DNA of 64,000 nt. It comes from Eledone cirrhosa. Lineage: Eukaryota. The stretch is from NCBI GenBank assembly GCA_964016885.1, contig OZ024742.1, positions 343,790,001 to 343,854,000 of the forward strand. The letters are read 5' to 3'. The position numbers were made by a program, and so were the translations under genes. Below, piece after piece: positions 26,561 to 40,327 of this stretch (positions are counted from its first letter, which is position 1; every line of letters starts with the position of its first letter). The notes below the pieces were generated by a model, which ran no database searches, was not told where the DNA came from, and was given only the letters and a program-made list of their open reading frames with translations.

Positions 26561-26940
26561 GGTATATATATATATACGAGTCCCGGGTTCAAATCGGGAG
26601 GTAACCACAGTAAGTAAAGTACTCAATACATAAGAAAAATATAAACAGCAAGTTTAAAATAGAAAGGGCTTCTACAGGAATAGAAATGTTTCATTCAAAA
26701 GAAAGCACCAGGAAAGCTATATATATATAAATGTAGAGCAGTGGAAGGTCACATCCGTAGTGGTAGAGCACTGAGTCAATGGGACGAGTTTGGTAGAAGT
26801 AGTAACACAACAGTTAGTTCACCATACCGAGAACAATTGTTTCACCTTAGCGGACCTTCAGCTGGTACTGGTCATGGTTACGTATAACCAATACCAGTCT
26901 CAGCTGAAGATCTACATAAGGTGGAACAATTGTTCTCGGT

Positions 26941-27402
26941 ATAACGAAGGAATTGTGGTAAGGAACCAGATGGACCATAACGCACCAGAATACTCAATAC
27001 TTAGGGTAGTAGAGTGGGTAATAGGAAAAAGTATGACCCCGACGGCAGAGCTCAAGCCGTTTCGACGGCTATTTCAGGACTAAATTAGAATTTTTCGCCT
27101 GGTAAATAAATAGCCGAACTTGTCAAGAGGTACTTCCTTATATGGGAAGATTGTAGTTGTCGAGAGGATTGGTCAAAATTTGTTGTAAACACAACTAAGT
27201 CTATCATGGCATTTGGTGGGAGGTAGGGTGGCTGAACTTGCCTGTAGAACGATCAGGGAGTGAGTGGAGCCGGTCAAGCGTTGAAAGTGAAATCTGCTGT
27301 ATAGTTCGGCTATTTATTTACCAGTCTAAAAATTCTAATTTAGTTCAGAAATAGCCGTCGAAACGGCTTGAGCTCTGCCGTCGGGGTCATACTTTTTCCT
27401 AT
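26941..27402. mobile_element. Penelope-like terminal repeat family (AACGAAGG...GACCCCGACGGCAGAGCTCAAGCCGTTTCGACGGCT) with an inverted partial copy
   Basis: The same unit occurs at about 31195-31385, 40113-40272, 40353-40492, 42812-42932, 43790-43921 and 47855-48065, nearly always next to (TA)n. It flanks a PLE ORF fragment at 42.9-43.2 kb. Confidence 0.75.
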
Positions 27403-30400
27403 TTATATATATATAATCCCTGTGAGTGAGTATAATAATTTTAAAGAAATCTCTTGTCAACAAGGGAGCCTTTATGTGGTCACTTGGTCTGCTAGAAATA
27501 GCAAGTAACTTCCCCTGTTTAAATAAACACACAGCCGTTTTAAATAAAGGAAGGACACGGCGTATTACATGAAATAACCCTGAATACTTCAAAAGAGACG
27601 GTATGTTAACTACAAAAACGCCTTTGATAATAGGTTGACTCAATCAGTGTTGACTCAGGGTTAAACAACAATAATAACAACAAATATGTAGCTCTTGCTA
27701 TTAATAAAGATTGGCTTTATACTTAAGAAATATTACCAATATATTCCGATTACCAGAAGACTGTAAATGTGTTTTATCCGGCATATACTAATGGAGGACT
27801 GGACATCTCATTGGAAGTATAAAAACAAAATGTTAACTTATTTAACATTTTGACCTTGTTTCTATGATACAATACTGTTTCTTTTAACGTTTATATTTAT
27901 CTAAAACCTTTCTAAAATAATTTTATTTAAGAACCTTTGTTAAGTTATGCCCCAAACACCAGCTTGATAACAAGCTATCTTATTATATCACTCCAGATTC
28001 TCGATTCTTTTCAAAATTTATTTGGAAACCACGGGCGTTAGTATTTCATTAGAAATAGGCTAGCCTATGTACTTCATTAGAAATAGGGTAGCCTTTGTAT
28101 TTCATTAGCAATTGGGCAACAAAAAGTGTAATGCTTTATTCACATTCCCTCCAGAATGCTCATTGAAGTTAATAAACTGTGCATGAATCTCATTTAATTG
28201 GATAACCTGCTTGTGGCACCTGAACCAACAAAGTCGACAGTTCAGGTTATTGTAACTCTTGTCTGGCTTAGAATGAGATTTATACCTATATGTATGTTAA
28301 CAATTCTATCTATTTAGGGAAGATGTAAGCAGTTATTTCAACGTAAGGAAACAGATGCTCATTGATGAACCTTAGTATTTACTTCTACTGAAGACAAATC
28401 CATTATTCAATCTCAGGATAATTTCCTTAATTCTTAATATTTATCAGAAAATATCTAAAAATAGAATTGTTAATTCAAATATCTATAGTATCTTTAGTAG
28501 TAAAAAAATACGTTAGTTATTTGGAAGCCCGGCAATGCGCGTTTGGTAGAAATGCCAAGGTAATAAGAAACATAGGTAAGCAAAATAAAAGAGTGAGGTC
28601 GATAGGAAGTTACTTGAGAAAATTTTAATAATCTGAAATATTTTCGGATTGACCATCCATTATCAAAGGGAGTCCACCCCTACGTATTTCCTATTTGTAT
28701 TTGTATCCCATTCCACAATGATTTAAGTAAACTACCACACCTTATTATCTTTAGTAATGTACACATTTTTGTGAAAATTTTCAGTAAGCTAAAAGTTTTT
28801 GTATGATGCAGTTATAATGTTGTTTTGTACTTTTCAAGAAGGTCTTGTTAAGGCAGTTTAATGTGATACATGGGCCTAAGAGTTAATAAATAAAATACAT
28901 TGCCGAGGAATCCTTCAAAAACAGAGATTATGATGCAAGTTCCAACAGAAATTTAATTCAATTTAATTCAATTGTGGTGCTCATATACAGAAAGACATGA
29001 CTACTGCTCCCTCAATTAATCTTCCCCTAAAACATTTTGTATCTAGAAATACAAACAGCGATCTCTTCGAATCAATGAAGGATACAGCAGAGCAGGAGGC
29101 GGTGAATTGCCAGAGTCGTTAGAATGTTGGATAGAATGTTTTGTGATGTTCATTTTGGCTCTCTGCTCTCTTAGTTCAAATCCCACCGAGGTTAACTTTG
29201 CTTTTATCCTTTCGAGGTCGATAAAAAAGGTTTTAGTTAGCTACTGGGGTCGATTCTTCCTCTATATCACTTTCTCACATCCTTTCTCTCACTCTTTATC
29301 CTTCTCTGGGAGAAATCTGCAGTATTCAGACGTGGTGTTCGGCCCAAGATCATAAGGTCATAGATTCGATTATCGTCGACACAGTGTCTTCTCGAAGAAG
29401 ACAATTTATTCCACTCTGTTCCAGTCAATTCTGCTGGCAAAAATGAGTTCTACCTGTAACGCAAAATGTCAGCTTTGTCACGCCGAATTTTTCTGAGAAG
29501 AACGTTAAGTGTGCATGTGTCTGTGGAATACTCAGCCATCGTCGGATCCGTCGTCGGAACCGACAGCCGTCCAGCCCTCAGTAGAGCAGAAAGGTTAAAA
29601 TAGTTGGAGCATAGGACATCTTTTTCGCTATTTAGTTACGTTTGATAACAGTAAGAGTTCAATACCGTTGAGATCAAATTTTATTTTCGTTCTTTCGGGG
29701 TCAGTAAAATAACTTAACAGCTAATTAAAATTATACCTCCCCACACATTTTAGCTATATAGCAAAGTCTTGATTGCAACTTCATTTTATTGACCCTCTTG
29801 ATGAGTAAGAGGCAACAATTTATCGTGACGGGATTTGAAATCAGAACGTAAAGAGCTGTTACTAAATTCCGCAAAGCATTTTTTCAGAATCTCTATGAAT
29901 GCTGCCACCACACTTGCACCGGTGTAAATGTTGATCTCTAATTTAGGTATGTATGGTCCCGTAACCCACGATGGAGTCGTAGGTGCGCCACATTGATTCT
30001 AGGCCCTTTTAAACATGGCGGCGCCCATCTCTTCTCCAGGCATGACCACAGCAAATTTCTTCCAGAGAAGAACAGAGAGTGATAGAAAAGAAATGAGAAA
30101 TAGATATAGAAGAAAAATCAACCCCAGTACTTGACTGGTACATTTTTTTATCGACCTTGAATGTGTGAAAGGCACAGTTGACCTCGGTGGGATTGCACTC
30201 AGAGAGTCGACACAAATACCACAAAGCATTCTATCCGACGTTCTAACGGCGCTACCAATTTGCAGAATTTAGGAATACGGACAGAAAATGTTTGAGGAAA
30301 TGTAAAGTTGACTAAATAACCCCAAGTACTTAATTAATAATTTCTGTTATCGATCCCCGAAGGATAAAAAGCAAAATTTAACCTCGGTGAGATTTGAAAC

Positions 30401-31158
30401 CAGAACGTAAAGGGCCGTAACTAAATGCCGTAAATCATCTATCATGGCTGCCAATCTACAACCTTTGAACAGCTATAAATTATCAGGATATTAAGAAGTG
30501 TCTGAAGAATGAATAATAATTGTTTCTACTTTTGACACAAGGCCAGCAATTACCCAGTGCATTACTGGTACTTTATTTTATCGACCCCGTAAGGACCAAA
30601 GGCAAAGTTAACCTCGGCGGGATTTGAACTCAGAATAGCAAGGGCCGTAACTCTTTGCGTCAAAGAATGGCGTCTGAACCTCTACCGATACTGCCAATCC
30701 ACCACTCTTGAAGAATGAATAATAATGATGATGATAATGATGATGATGATGATTTTCCTTTTGATTGAATTCATGAAGAATAAGTCTAAATCAAGTATAA
30801 TTAAAATGGGGGAGGGGGCTATTTAAACATTTCTTTTCTTCAATGTGAAACACAGATTGGACGATTCATTTAACCTGGTTACAAAAAAAAAAAAATTCTA
30901 AGATTCATGTGATACACACACAACAAGAGAAGTTTTTAATATCTATGGGTTGTCACGATTGTTACTGAACAAAAACATCACCCTCCAGAAAAAAAATAAA
31001 AACTAAATACCCTATACAAACCGCAACTGAATTAGCATTACCATGATTTTTATTTGACAATTCAAATTTCCATTTCAAAGATATGATAAAAGAGAACCTA
31101 TATCATCTGTTACACGACAATACATCTTGTAGAAAGATGTCACAGTAAACGTACCCTA

Positions 31159-31193
<35 letters not shown>

Positions 31194-31479
31194 ATGTTTA
31201 ACCCCGACGGCAGAGCTCAAGCCGTTTCAACGACTATTCTGGACAGTCCAGAAATAGCCGTCGAAACGGCTTGAGCTCTGCCGTCGAGGTTAAACATTTT
31301 CCTATTACCCACTCTACTATCCTAAGTATTAAGTACTCTGGTGCGTTATGGTCCATCTGGTTCCTTACCACACCTTCGTTATATATATGCATATAAAAGG
31401 TAAACAGAAATAACAACACAATCGGTACAGTATATGGAGGGGATATATTAGGTTAACGCATGATATAGCAAGAAGAGGG

Positions 31480-31515
31480 TCTTAACGTTTCGGACGCTAG
31501 TCCTTCATCAGAAGA
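31480..31515 (-). ncRNA. Minimal type I hammerhead ribozyme motif (PLE-type)
   Basis: UCUU-CUGAUGA-A-GGAC-uagc-GUCC-GAAACGUU-AAGA: 4-bp stem I, 4-bp stem II, palindromic stem III. Confidence 0.8.
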
Positions 31516-31711
31516 AAGAATGAGAAATAAGATAGATTGAGGGGACGGATGGGTTGCAATTGGAAAAAATGTCTTTAGACAAAAATAACAGGTCCATTCC
31601 TGTTGAAATGTGTAAATATCTATATACACATGTACCTATGTATGTATATGTATATATGTATATGCATGTGTGCATGTGTATGTATATGCGCGGGGACATA
31701 GAAATAGTCGA

Positions 31712-31797
31712 GCTGGACACCCGATCGCGCGGTTAAACCACTGGGAGTGAAGGACCCCTAGCCTTTGTCAGGGCATTCTTCTAGGAGATGGCAACTC
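31712..31797 (+). ncRNA. HDV-like ribozyme fold in a probable RTE 5' UTR relic
   Basis: Elements occur in the order P1 (CUG-g-ACA), P2 (GAGU), P3 (AAGG/CCUU around ACCCCUAG), P1' (UGUCAG), GG, P4, GCA, P2' (ACUC). Pairings are imperfect. Confidence 0.5.
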
Positions 31798-32114
31798 AGG
31801 AAACTGGGATAACTCCGACATAAAACCTGCGGCTCAGTAGTTTCCGATCATGTTGATCTTTTCTTCTTTTCAGGTTATAGCTACTGTCGCTCAGAGAGTG
31901 GGATTGGCTCAGTGCACAGTCTTTCCTCACTTAAAAAAAATCTTCACGCACAGCCATTGCACGATGGCATTAATTAATAATTATTAATAATGGTATATCG
32001 TGCAATAGCCATACTCGATATCGAGGGGGCAGCCATCATGTATGTAAATATAAATATGTATATATGTATGCGTGTATGTATATATGCATGTATGTATGCA
32101 TGTATGTATACGTG

Positions 32115-32174
<60 letters not shown>

Positions 32175-34477
32175 CATATATATATTTACATATATATAAA
32201 TTTACATATCTATTAGTGACTCGTGAAGGCGCATGGCTCAATGGTTAGAGCAGCAGACATGCAATCGAAAGGTTGTGAGTTCAATTCTCGGACCGGGTAA
32301 TGTGTTGTTTCCTTGAGCAAGATACTTTATTTCACGTTGCTCCAGTTTACCCAGCAATAACTGGAGGTTTAACCCTACGATGGACTGGCGTCTTGTACTC
32401 TCAGTCGCCTCACGTCATGAAACCGGGATAAGCACCGGCTAAATGAGCCTTCCGGTTTAAGACAGACTTTAGACTCACGGCCTGCCCGCCCAGCCAGTGG
32501 GATGGCGTCATCGTATGGCTAAAACAGCACGAATGGCGCCCGACAGACTGGTCGGTCAAGGTGATTAGTGACTCAATAACGGTAAAACTAGTGTAAATAT
32601 TGGTTTATAATCTCTCTCTCTATATATATATATATCTTTCTTTCCCTCTCTCTCTCGCTTTCTTTCTCTGGAAGAAATCGGCTATGTTCAGACCTGGCGA
32701 GGGATGGGTTAGATCAGGTTTAAAACGTTCGAACCAGGACGGCGTGTTTACGACTCCATAAAAAACGACAGTGATATCAAATCTATCATCTAACATGTAT
32801 TCTATTATCCCAATAAGCTTAATGTTTCTAATCTGAAACGAGTAGCTTACCCCTGTTTCTTAAATTATTTTTATCGCCTTCTGTAATTAACGTTATCTCC
32901 ATTTAATTTAATTTAATTTAATTTTACATCATATTAATTTTCTTTTACTTTCTGGAACATTGTCTTAAGAGACTGAATGAGAAAATAATGGAAATTCCGT
33001 TGAAACTCAAGGTGGATTTAAGAGTAGAAACATCACTGATACGGTACTCTGCCGCCAGGCTCAACTGAAACTCAAAGTGGGTTCAAGTGAAATATAAATG
33101 ATCAGATCAAAGTATAGTATATTGTGTTCGCTGAGAGCATAGCGGTCAAGCCCGTGTCATGTAATTAGAAGGTTTGGTTGGATGTTCAGAAAACATTTAC
33201 TCATATGTTTGAGTCTGTACATGCTGATATGAGGATTCAGTTTAAACATTTATAGTTTGATGATATAGAGGCAATCACGTCGAACAATCACGAAGACACT
33301 CTATGGAATTCTATTAAATAAATAGGCCTCCATAATTAACGACGATGAGTTTTCCAGTTGTTCGATGAACGGAGTGGCCTACTCACTAAATTAATGTGTA
33401 AGTAACTGATTATTCCACACACACGTGTATCTTGAACGTAATTTTAAGGAAAATTCAGCGCGACATAATCTATGATAAGACTAGATCTTTGGATTACAGG
33501 TACATCGCATTTAACGGAGTTCCTGACACAGTTTCATACACATGCCTTGAGTTGACACAGGGACCGTATTAAACTATAGCTGGGTCCCTAGACTTTCAGA
33601 TATTTCAGGAGTACTTTGGAACTTGAATTTCTTATCCAACGACAGTAAAAAAAAAAATTTACTAAAATATATTAAAAAGAAATGTCTGAGGCTCTAATCC
33701 CTGTGAGGCTCCTAGACTTCAGCCTAGTCATCCTAATGAAATAATACGGCTATGGTAAAAGAGGCCACACAGTGAGACCGAACCAGAAATCTTATGTTTG
33801 TAAAGCTATATTCTCAGTCATTTAGTGATGCTGTGTCTATGTGACAAGATAGAGAATTGTTATTTGACAGCCGACAAAACATTTCTAAATCTAAATACGT
33901 CCAATTAATTATTCTAGTCATGACTTTTGTGTTATATCTTATCATCAACAATCTAATCTCTCGATTGTATTGCCCCAGTAGAAAAGAAAAAAAAAATGTC
34001 TGCTCATGTCTGCAGGTTAATTCAATTCATTAAATTACATATAATTATTTAGAAATATAGTTGCCACAAGGCAGATTACTATAATAATAGTTGATTTATT
34101 CAACTTTTATTTATAATCATAGGGCAGCGGATTGGAAGAATCGGTAGAGCGTTGGACAGGATGCTTAGCGGCATAGATTTACGGCCCTTTACGTTCTCAG
34201 TTCAAATCGCGCCGAATTTAATTTTGCCTTTCATCCTTACGGAGTCGATAAAATAAAGTACCAGTATTGCAGTGAGGTTGATTTTATCGACTTTCCCCTT
34301 CCCCCCAAATGTTAGCCGTGTGCCTAAATCAGAAACCATTATTCATAGTCATTCCCTATTACTATAGTTATATGCATTGAGGCGACTATATTTCCAAATT
34401 TCAAATTATTCAACTCTTCTCAAGTCAACCAGTATTATATAAAATTACATATAAAAATACACATACTTACAAAAACG

Positions 34478-34526
<49 letters not shown>

Positions 34527-34573
34527 TTACGCACGCATACACACACACACACACATATATATATATACTTACG

Positions 34574-34607
<34 letters not shown>

Positions 34608-34613
34608 CTTACA

Positions 34614-34671
<58 letters not shown>

Positions 34672-35229
34672 CTTACACAAACATACACACATTGGCGCGT
34701 ATACACATATTTATCTATCTGCATCATTGCTACAAAGTGAACTTACTATCATGTATTCATACATTTCAATGAGATTCTCAAGCAGCAGCAGCAGCGGTAG
34801 TACTACTACTAGTAGTAGTAGTAGTAGTAAAAATATGTTATTCTCCTTCAGAAGTACAAATTAAAAGTAGTAGTAGTGGTGGTGGTTGTGGTGGTGGCAG
34901 TAGTAGTAGTGGTGGTAGTGGTAGTAGTAATGGTGGTGGTTGTGGTGGTGGTAGTGGTGACAGTAGTAGTAGTAGTAGTAGTAGTAGTAATCCCAGTAAC
35001 CATGTTGACTAATTCAATGGATAGCTTGCTAATTTAATTTAGTTTCCGAACGATATTAAAATAAAAGTTTTAAACAAAATTTAACGAAAATGAAAATAAA
35101 CAAAACAAAAAAAAAACAGAAAAAAAAAATCCTGAAACAAATAGAAAAATATAACATAATACATCTTATTATACAAAAACTATGTAATACGACGGCTGCA
35201 GCCTGATGATGTCCATCGCCCCCTTTTTT

Positions 35230-35700
35230 CAGTAATTTGTGAAGGTTTGGTTGTTGTTATGCTGGGAGTGTTTGGGGCATGGTTCTGAATGACGGGGTTG
35301 GTTTTTACTTTATGTCTTGTGGGTATAAATATGAGAAAGATAAAAGCAAAATTAAATAATGAGAAAATGAGTAAGGGGTAAGGAAGGGCAGATCTGGCTG
35401 TATAGGAAAGTAGAGGAAAGGACTAGGAAAGCCATAAACGAGAGAAAAAGGTGAGGAACAGCAATGAATCTAGGGCTACAGAAAGAAGGGAAAGGGAAGA
35501 GGGAGGGTTATGTGCTCGGGCCAAGGGCGCAGGGGTGTGTGGGACAGCGCTCTGCGGACAAGACTGCAAAAGCATTTCCGCAGACAATGGCCAGTGACAC
35601 CCGCGGCAACAGACACCTAACCTCGCGGAGCTCCTTCCTCAGACGGGCAGCTGGCGGTCCGATCTTACGGAGGAACTCAGCAGTACGGGGTCCGTGTGGT
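35230..35700 (-). mobile_element. Possible decayed gag-like/ORF1 fragment
   Basis: Frameshifted C-C-R-x-G-V-T-G-H-C-L-R-K-C knuckle-like motif in a GC-richer patch. Confidence 0.35.
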
Positions 35701-36326
35701 ATATATTTATGGATTAAATTTAATTGAATCCAGAATAGCCTCGGTTTTGAATTGATTCGTTTGTGTATATGTTAGGATAATTCACAGTCATAGTTAAGCA
35801 TGTATAATTTTTAATTTAGGCAAAAGGCCAGCAATTTATGGGAAGGAGAAAGTCGCTTAAATTAGCTTCAATACTTGACTGGTACCTAATTTCATCGACC
35901 CTGGAATGATGAAAAGCAAAGTTGTCCTCGGTGGGATTTGAACACAGAATGTAAAAAGTTGGAGCAAATAATGCAAAAAGATTTGTCCGACACTCTAACG
36001 GTTCTGCCAATATAGTTGAGAATCAGCATGCACGAGCTTTAACGAAAAAACAATTTAAACTAATAACAAATGTTTTGATAATCGAAAACGGAGAAAGCAG
36101 GCTTTTTTGTACATGTTTTAAAGATCCTTTATATATATACACCAGGTGTACTTTTCAAGCCCCTTTATTTTAAATAATTTCCCTTATATAACGTGATTTG
36201 TATAGAACATTTTCTTACGTCCACACTTTTTTCATAACACACAAACACACACACACACATATATATATATACATTATATATTTATGTTCATGCACGGAAT
36301 AAAATCACTACCTAAGGTTTCAAGGC

Positions 36327-36362
<36 letters not shown>

Positions 36363-36400
36363 TACACGGGTGTGTATTATTGTGTATAGAAGATTATATT

Positions 36401-36843
36401 AATAAAAGGAATTCCAACTTTGTCTGATTTACTCGTTTTATTTACAATCCTTTAAGATTATAATGATATCATAATGAAATAGTATGATAGAAGTTTGCAA
36501 TTTTCAACAGTTGAAAATTGCAAACTTGACTGTCACCATGGAATATGAACCTGAAGATTGCGAACGCATGAAAGTACTTGTTCAATTAACATTTAACAGT
36601 TAATATTCTACCGTACTATTTCATTATAATATCATTATAATTTTAAAGGATTGTAAATAAAACGAGTAAATCAGACAAAGTTGGAATTCTTTTATTTATA
36701 TATATATATATATATATAAAAGGAATTCCAACTTTGTCTGATTTACTCGTTTTATTTACAATCCTTTAAAATTATAATGAGATTATAATGAAATAGTACG
36801 GTAGAATATTAACTGTTAAATGTTAATTGAACAAGTACTTTCA
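36401..36843. repeat. Compound inverted repeat (three alternating copies of one unit) around a hammerhead
   Basis: 36401-36492 is inverted at 36605-36697, and 36569-36694 is inverted at 36716-36843. An internal perfect hairpin lies at 36491-36527. Confidence 0.9.
36546..36584 (+). ncRNA. Minimal type I hammerhead ribozyme motif
   Basis: UGAAC-CUGAAGA-U-UGCG-aa-CGCA-U-GAAAGUACUU-GUUCA: 5-bp stem I, intact core, palindromic stem III AAGUACUU. Confidence 0.85.
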
Positions 36844-36898
36844 TATATAAATGAAAAGTATAGAAATTGTTGTAGCGAGAAGCTAACAGTATTCCATA

Positions 36899-36953
<55 letters not shown>

Positions 36954-36995
36954 CACAGAAATATATATATATACAATATACATATATGTGTATAT

Positions 36996-37035
<40 letters not shown>

Positions 37036-37638
37036 CACTTTAAAATGTACACACCCGAACATACAAACTATGCATTTCCTATCGCAGTCATACTACTATA
37101 ATAAGAGGTTCGCTTTCCAATCACAAAATTCTGGGTTCTAAGTCTATATTTGGCCCTGTAAATAGTTATTTCTCCAAAGTTATTCATAGTTGTAATACCG
37201 TATGACATTTGTACATATATATACTTCTATCATAGAACCAAAGTAGTAAAATACTATTTTTCCACGTGCCAGTAATCAATGTAAACTATAGGGTTTCTTT
37301 TATGTAAACTATTACTTAATCAAAACGCGAATCTTCCTGTTTTGTATAACTGATATTCATATATCCGGTAATCCTGGTATATAAGGTATACCAATCTTGA
37401 ACTCCAAATACTAAACAAAATCAACGTTATTGTCGTTAATGAAGGCATGGCTCTACTAGTCTTGACTTCTCTCTCTCTCTCCCTTTCCCTCTCTCCCTTA
37501 ACTGTTGGTAAAGTCTTTGGGACGCCATCCTGACACACTGCATGTCTTGAATAATGTAAACTTAGAGGACCCCATCACTATCCAAGTGGGATCACACCCG
37601 ATTTCTTCCAGAGAGAGAGAGATAGAGCGAGAGAGAGG

Positions 37639-37699
<61 letters not shown>

Positions 37700-38607
37700 A
37701 AGAGAGAGAGAAAGAGAGGGAAAGAGGGAGAGAGAGAGAAAGAAAGAGAGAGAGAAAGAGAGAGAAAGAGAGAGAAAGAGAGAGAGATTCAGATTAAGAA
37801 AGAGAGAGATAATCAACCCTAGTATTTGACTGGTACTTTATTTTTAACATCGAAAGGATCTAACTTGCAAGGGCAGTAACCCGGCACAAATACAGAATCA
37901 CTTTTTACTCGGAGACCCTAACGACTTTGACAATCCACCGAGGTCTTTTTACTAGACAGTTAGATTACAAACAGCAAGAGCAATGATGTATCTCCATCGG
38001 TTTCGATGATGATTGTTCCAGTTGGTCAATCAACGGAACAGCAAACAGCATGCTCATGAAATGAACGTATGAACGTATATATAGTTGAGCATTCTACAGG
38101 CAAACACACCCTCAAGAGAATTCAATTCTCAGGGAGATTTGACATGACATAGTATGAAAGAAATGAACCTTTAAATTACAGATACAATCCATCTGACGGG
38201 CTTCCAAACAGTTTCCGTTCACCCAATTTCATTCACTTGACATAGATGGACACCAGAGTCACATTTACCTCTGACCCGGTCTCTAGACTTTCAAATATTT
38301 CAAACCTCCTCAGGCATTCTAATCATTCATGACAACAAATATCAAACAAAAAAGACAACAACAACAACAACAACAACAACAAAAAGCCACAGCAAAAACA
38401 CAAACAAACAAAAAATAATAGGTCGAGCCTATGATAAACGACACTTGCTCTGAGGGATCGAACCTGGGACCTAATGATTGCGAGCCAAACTCCTTAACCA
38501 TTCTGCCATGCTGCACAAACAAACCGGGAGCAATTTTCAATTAATTTGCGTCAATTCAAAGCAATTTCCTTCGTTGTGTAGGTAGCATATTCAAGTGAAG
38601 CACTTAC

Positions 38608-38667
38608 TCTCATATTTCTCCACGTCCGCTGATCAGCGTTGATATTCTTCTGTGGGATTTCATTCTC
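38608..38667 (-). CDS. SCP: SCP-related precursor, 60-nt propeptide exon (ENEIPQKNINADQRTWRNMR)
   Basis: Strong acceptor cttgtttcccctccag| and donor |gtaagt. Phase 0-0 and open; it places an Arg immediately before the SDVYLALPRQ peptide of the phase-0 next exon. Confidence 0.85.
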
Positions 38668-38877
38668 CTGGAGGGGAAACAAGTGAACCTTTTGTTATAA
38701 GACACTCGTAACGGAGTAATGGGAGGGAACTTTGTGTAATACAATCAACAAACACAACACTCCTACTTCGCAGGCATCATATCCAAGACTAGAGAGGCAA
38801 ACATATTGAGAAGATTAAAAACATTTCACCAAGTCATTCAAAAATTCTTACACACCTACGCCTATCTAAATATATCA

Positions 38878-39055
<178 letters not shown>

Positions 39056-39121
39056 TGAATGAAGTATTTCCGTCGGAAAGGTACAGGAAAAAGAGTGCTC
39101 TTTGTAGGCTACAGCGCTTAT

Positions 39122-39405
<284 letters not shown>

Positions 39406-39455
39406 CACAGCCAGATATATATATATATACATATTATTATTTAATGTAGAAATTA

Positions 39456-39503
39456 CTTCTACAGAATTAAAACTGTTTCATTCGTATGAAATCATCAGGA
39501 CAT
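39456..39503 (-). ncRNA. Hammerhead-like motif (related copies at 18253-18294 plus and about 26665-26717 minus)
   Basis: CUGAUGA-U-UUC-auac-GAA-U-GAAA-CAG-loop-CUG-UA-GAAG; stem I is weak. Confidence 0.6.
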
Positions 39504-39680
39504 AATGATGTCTACACTCTACTAATGTATTGAGTACCTTTTTTGAACTGTGATTACCCCCCCCCCCCCCGATTTTACTCGGAATCTATCTATCTATATA
39601 TATAAACATACACACACACATATACACACACATATATAAATATATATCTATATATATACATAGAGATGTATATGTATATA

Positions 39681-39748
<68 letters not shown>

Positions 39749-40043
39749 AGAATTTTTGCAAATTGGAGCCACTTTTTTAACATAAAAACAGATAGAATTT
39801 CCAAAACTAATCAGATCAGAGCAAACAGCACGGACACTCTATCTCAAAATTATTTTTGAAAAGCATTTAGAAATGCGCAACCGGTAAAAACTTAAAAACT
39901 TAAAACCACAACTGAATACTAACCCATACAATCACTAATACTCTTTTATTCCTAATTAAACCATTTTTCAACTGTGAACAATTTGTCAGCATTTTCTATT
40001 CCGTTTACCAATATATATATGTATATATATATATGTATATATT

Positions 40044-40119
<76 letters not shown>

Positions 40120-40271
40120 TATGACACCGACGGCAGTCCAGATATAGCCGTCGAAACGGCTTGAGCTCTGCCGTCGGGGTCATACTTTTTCCTATTTCCC
40201 ACTCTACTACCCTAATTATTGAGTACTCTGGTGCGTTATGTTCCATCTGGTTCCTTACCACAATTCCTTTG

Positions 40272-40327
<56 letters not shown>

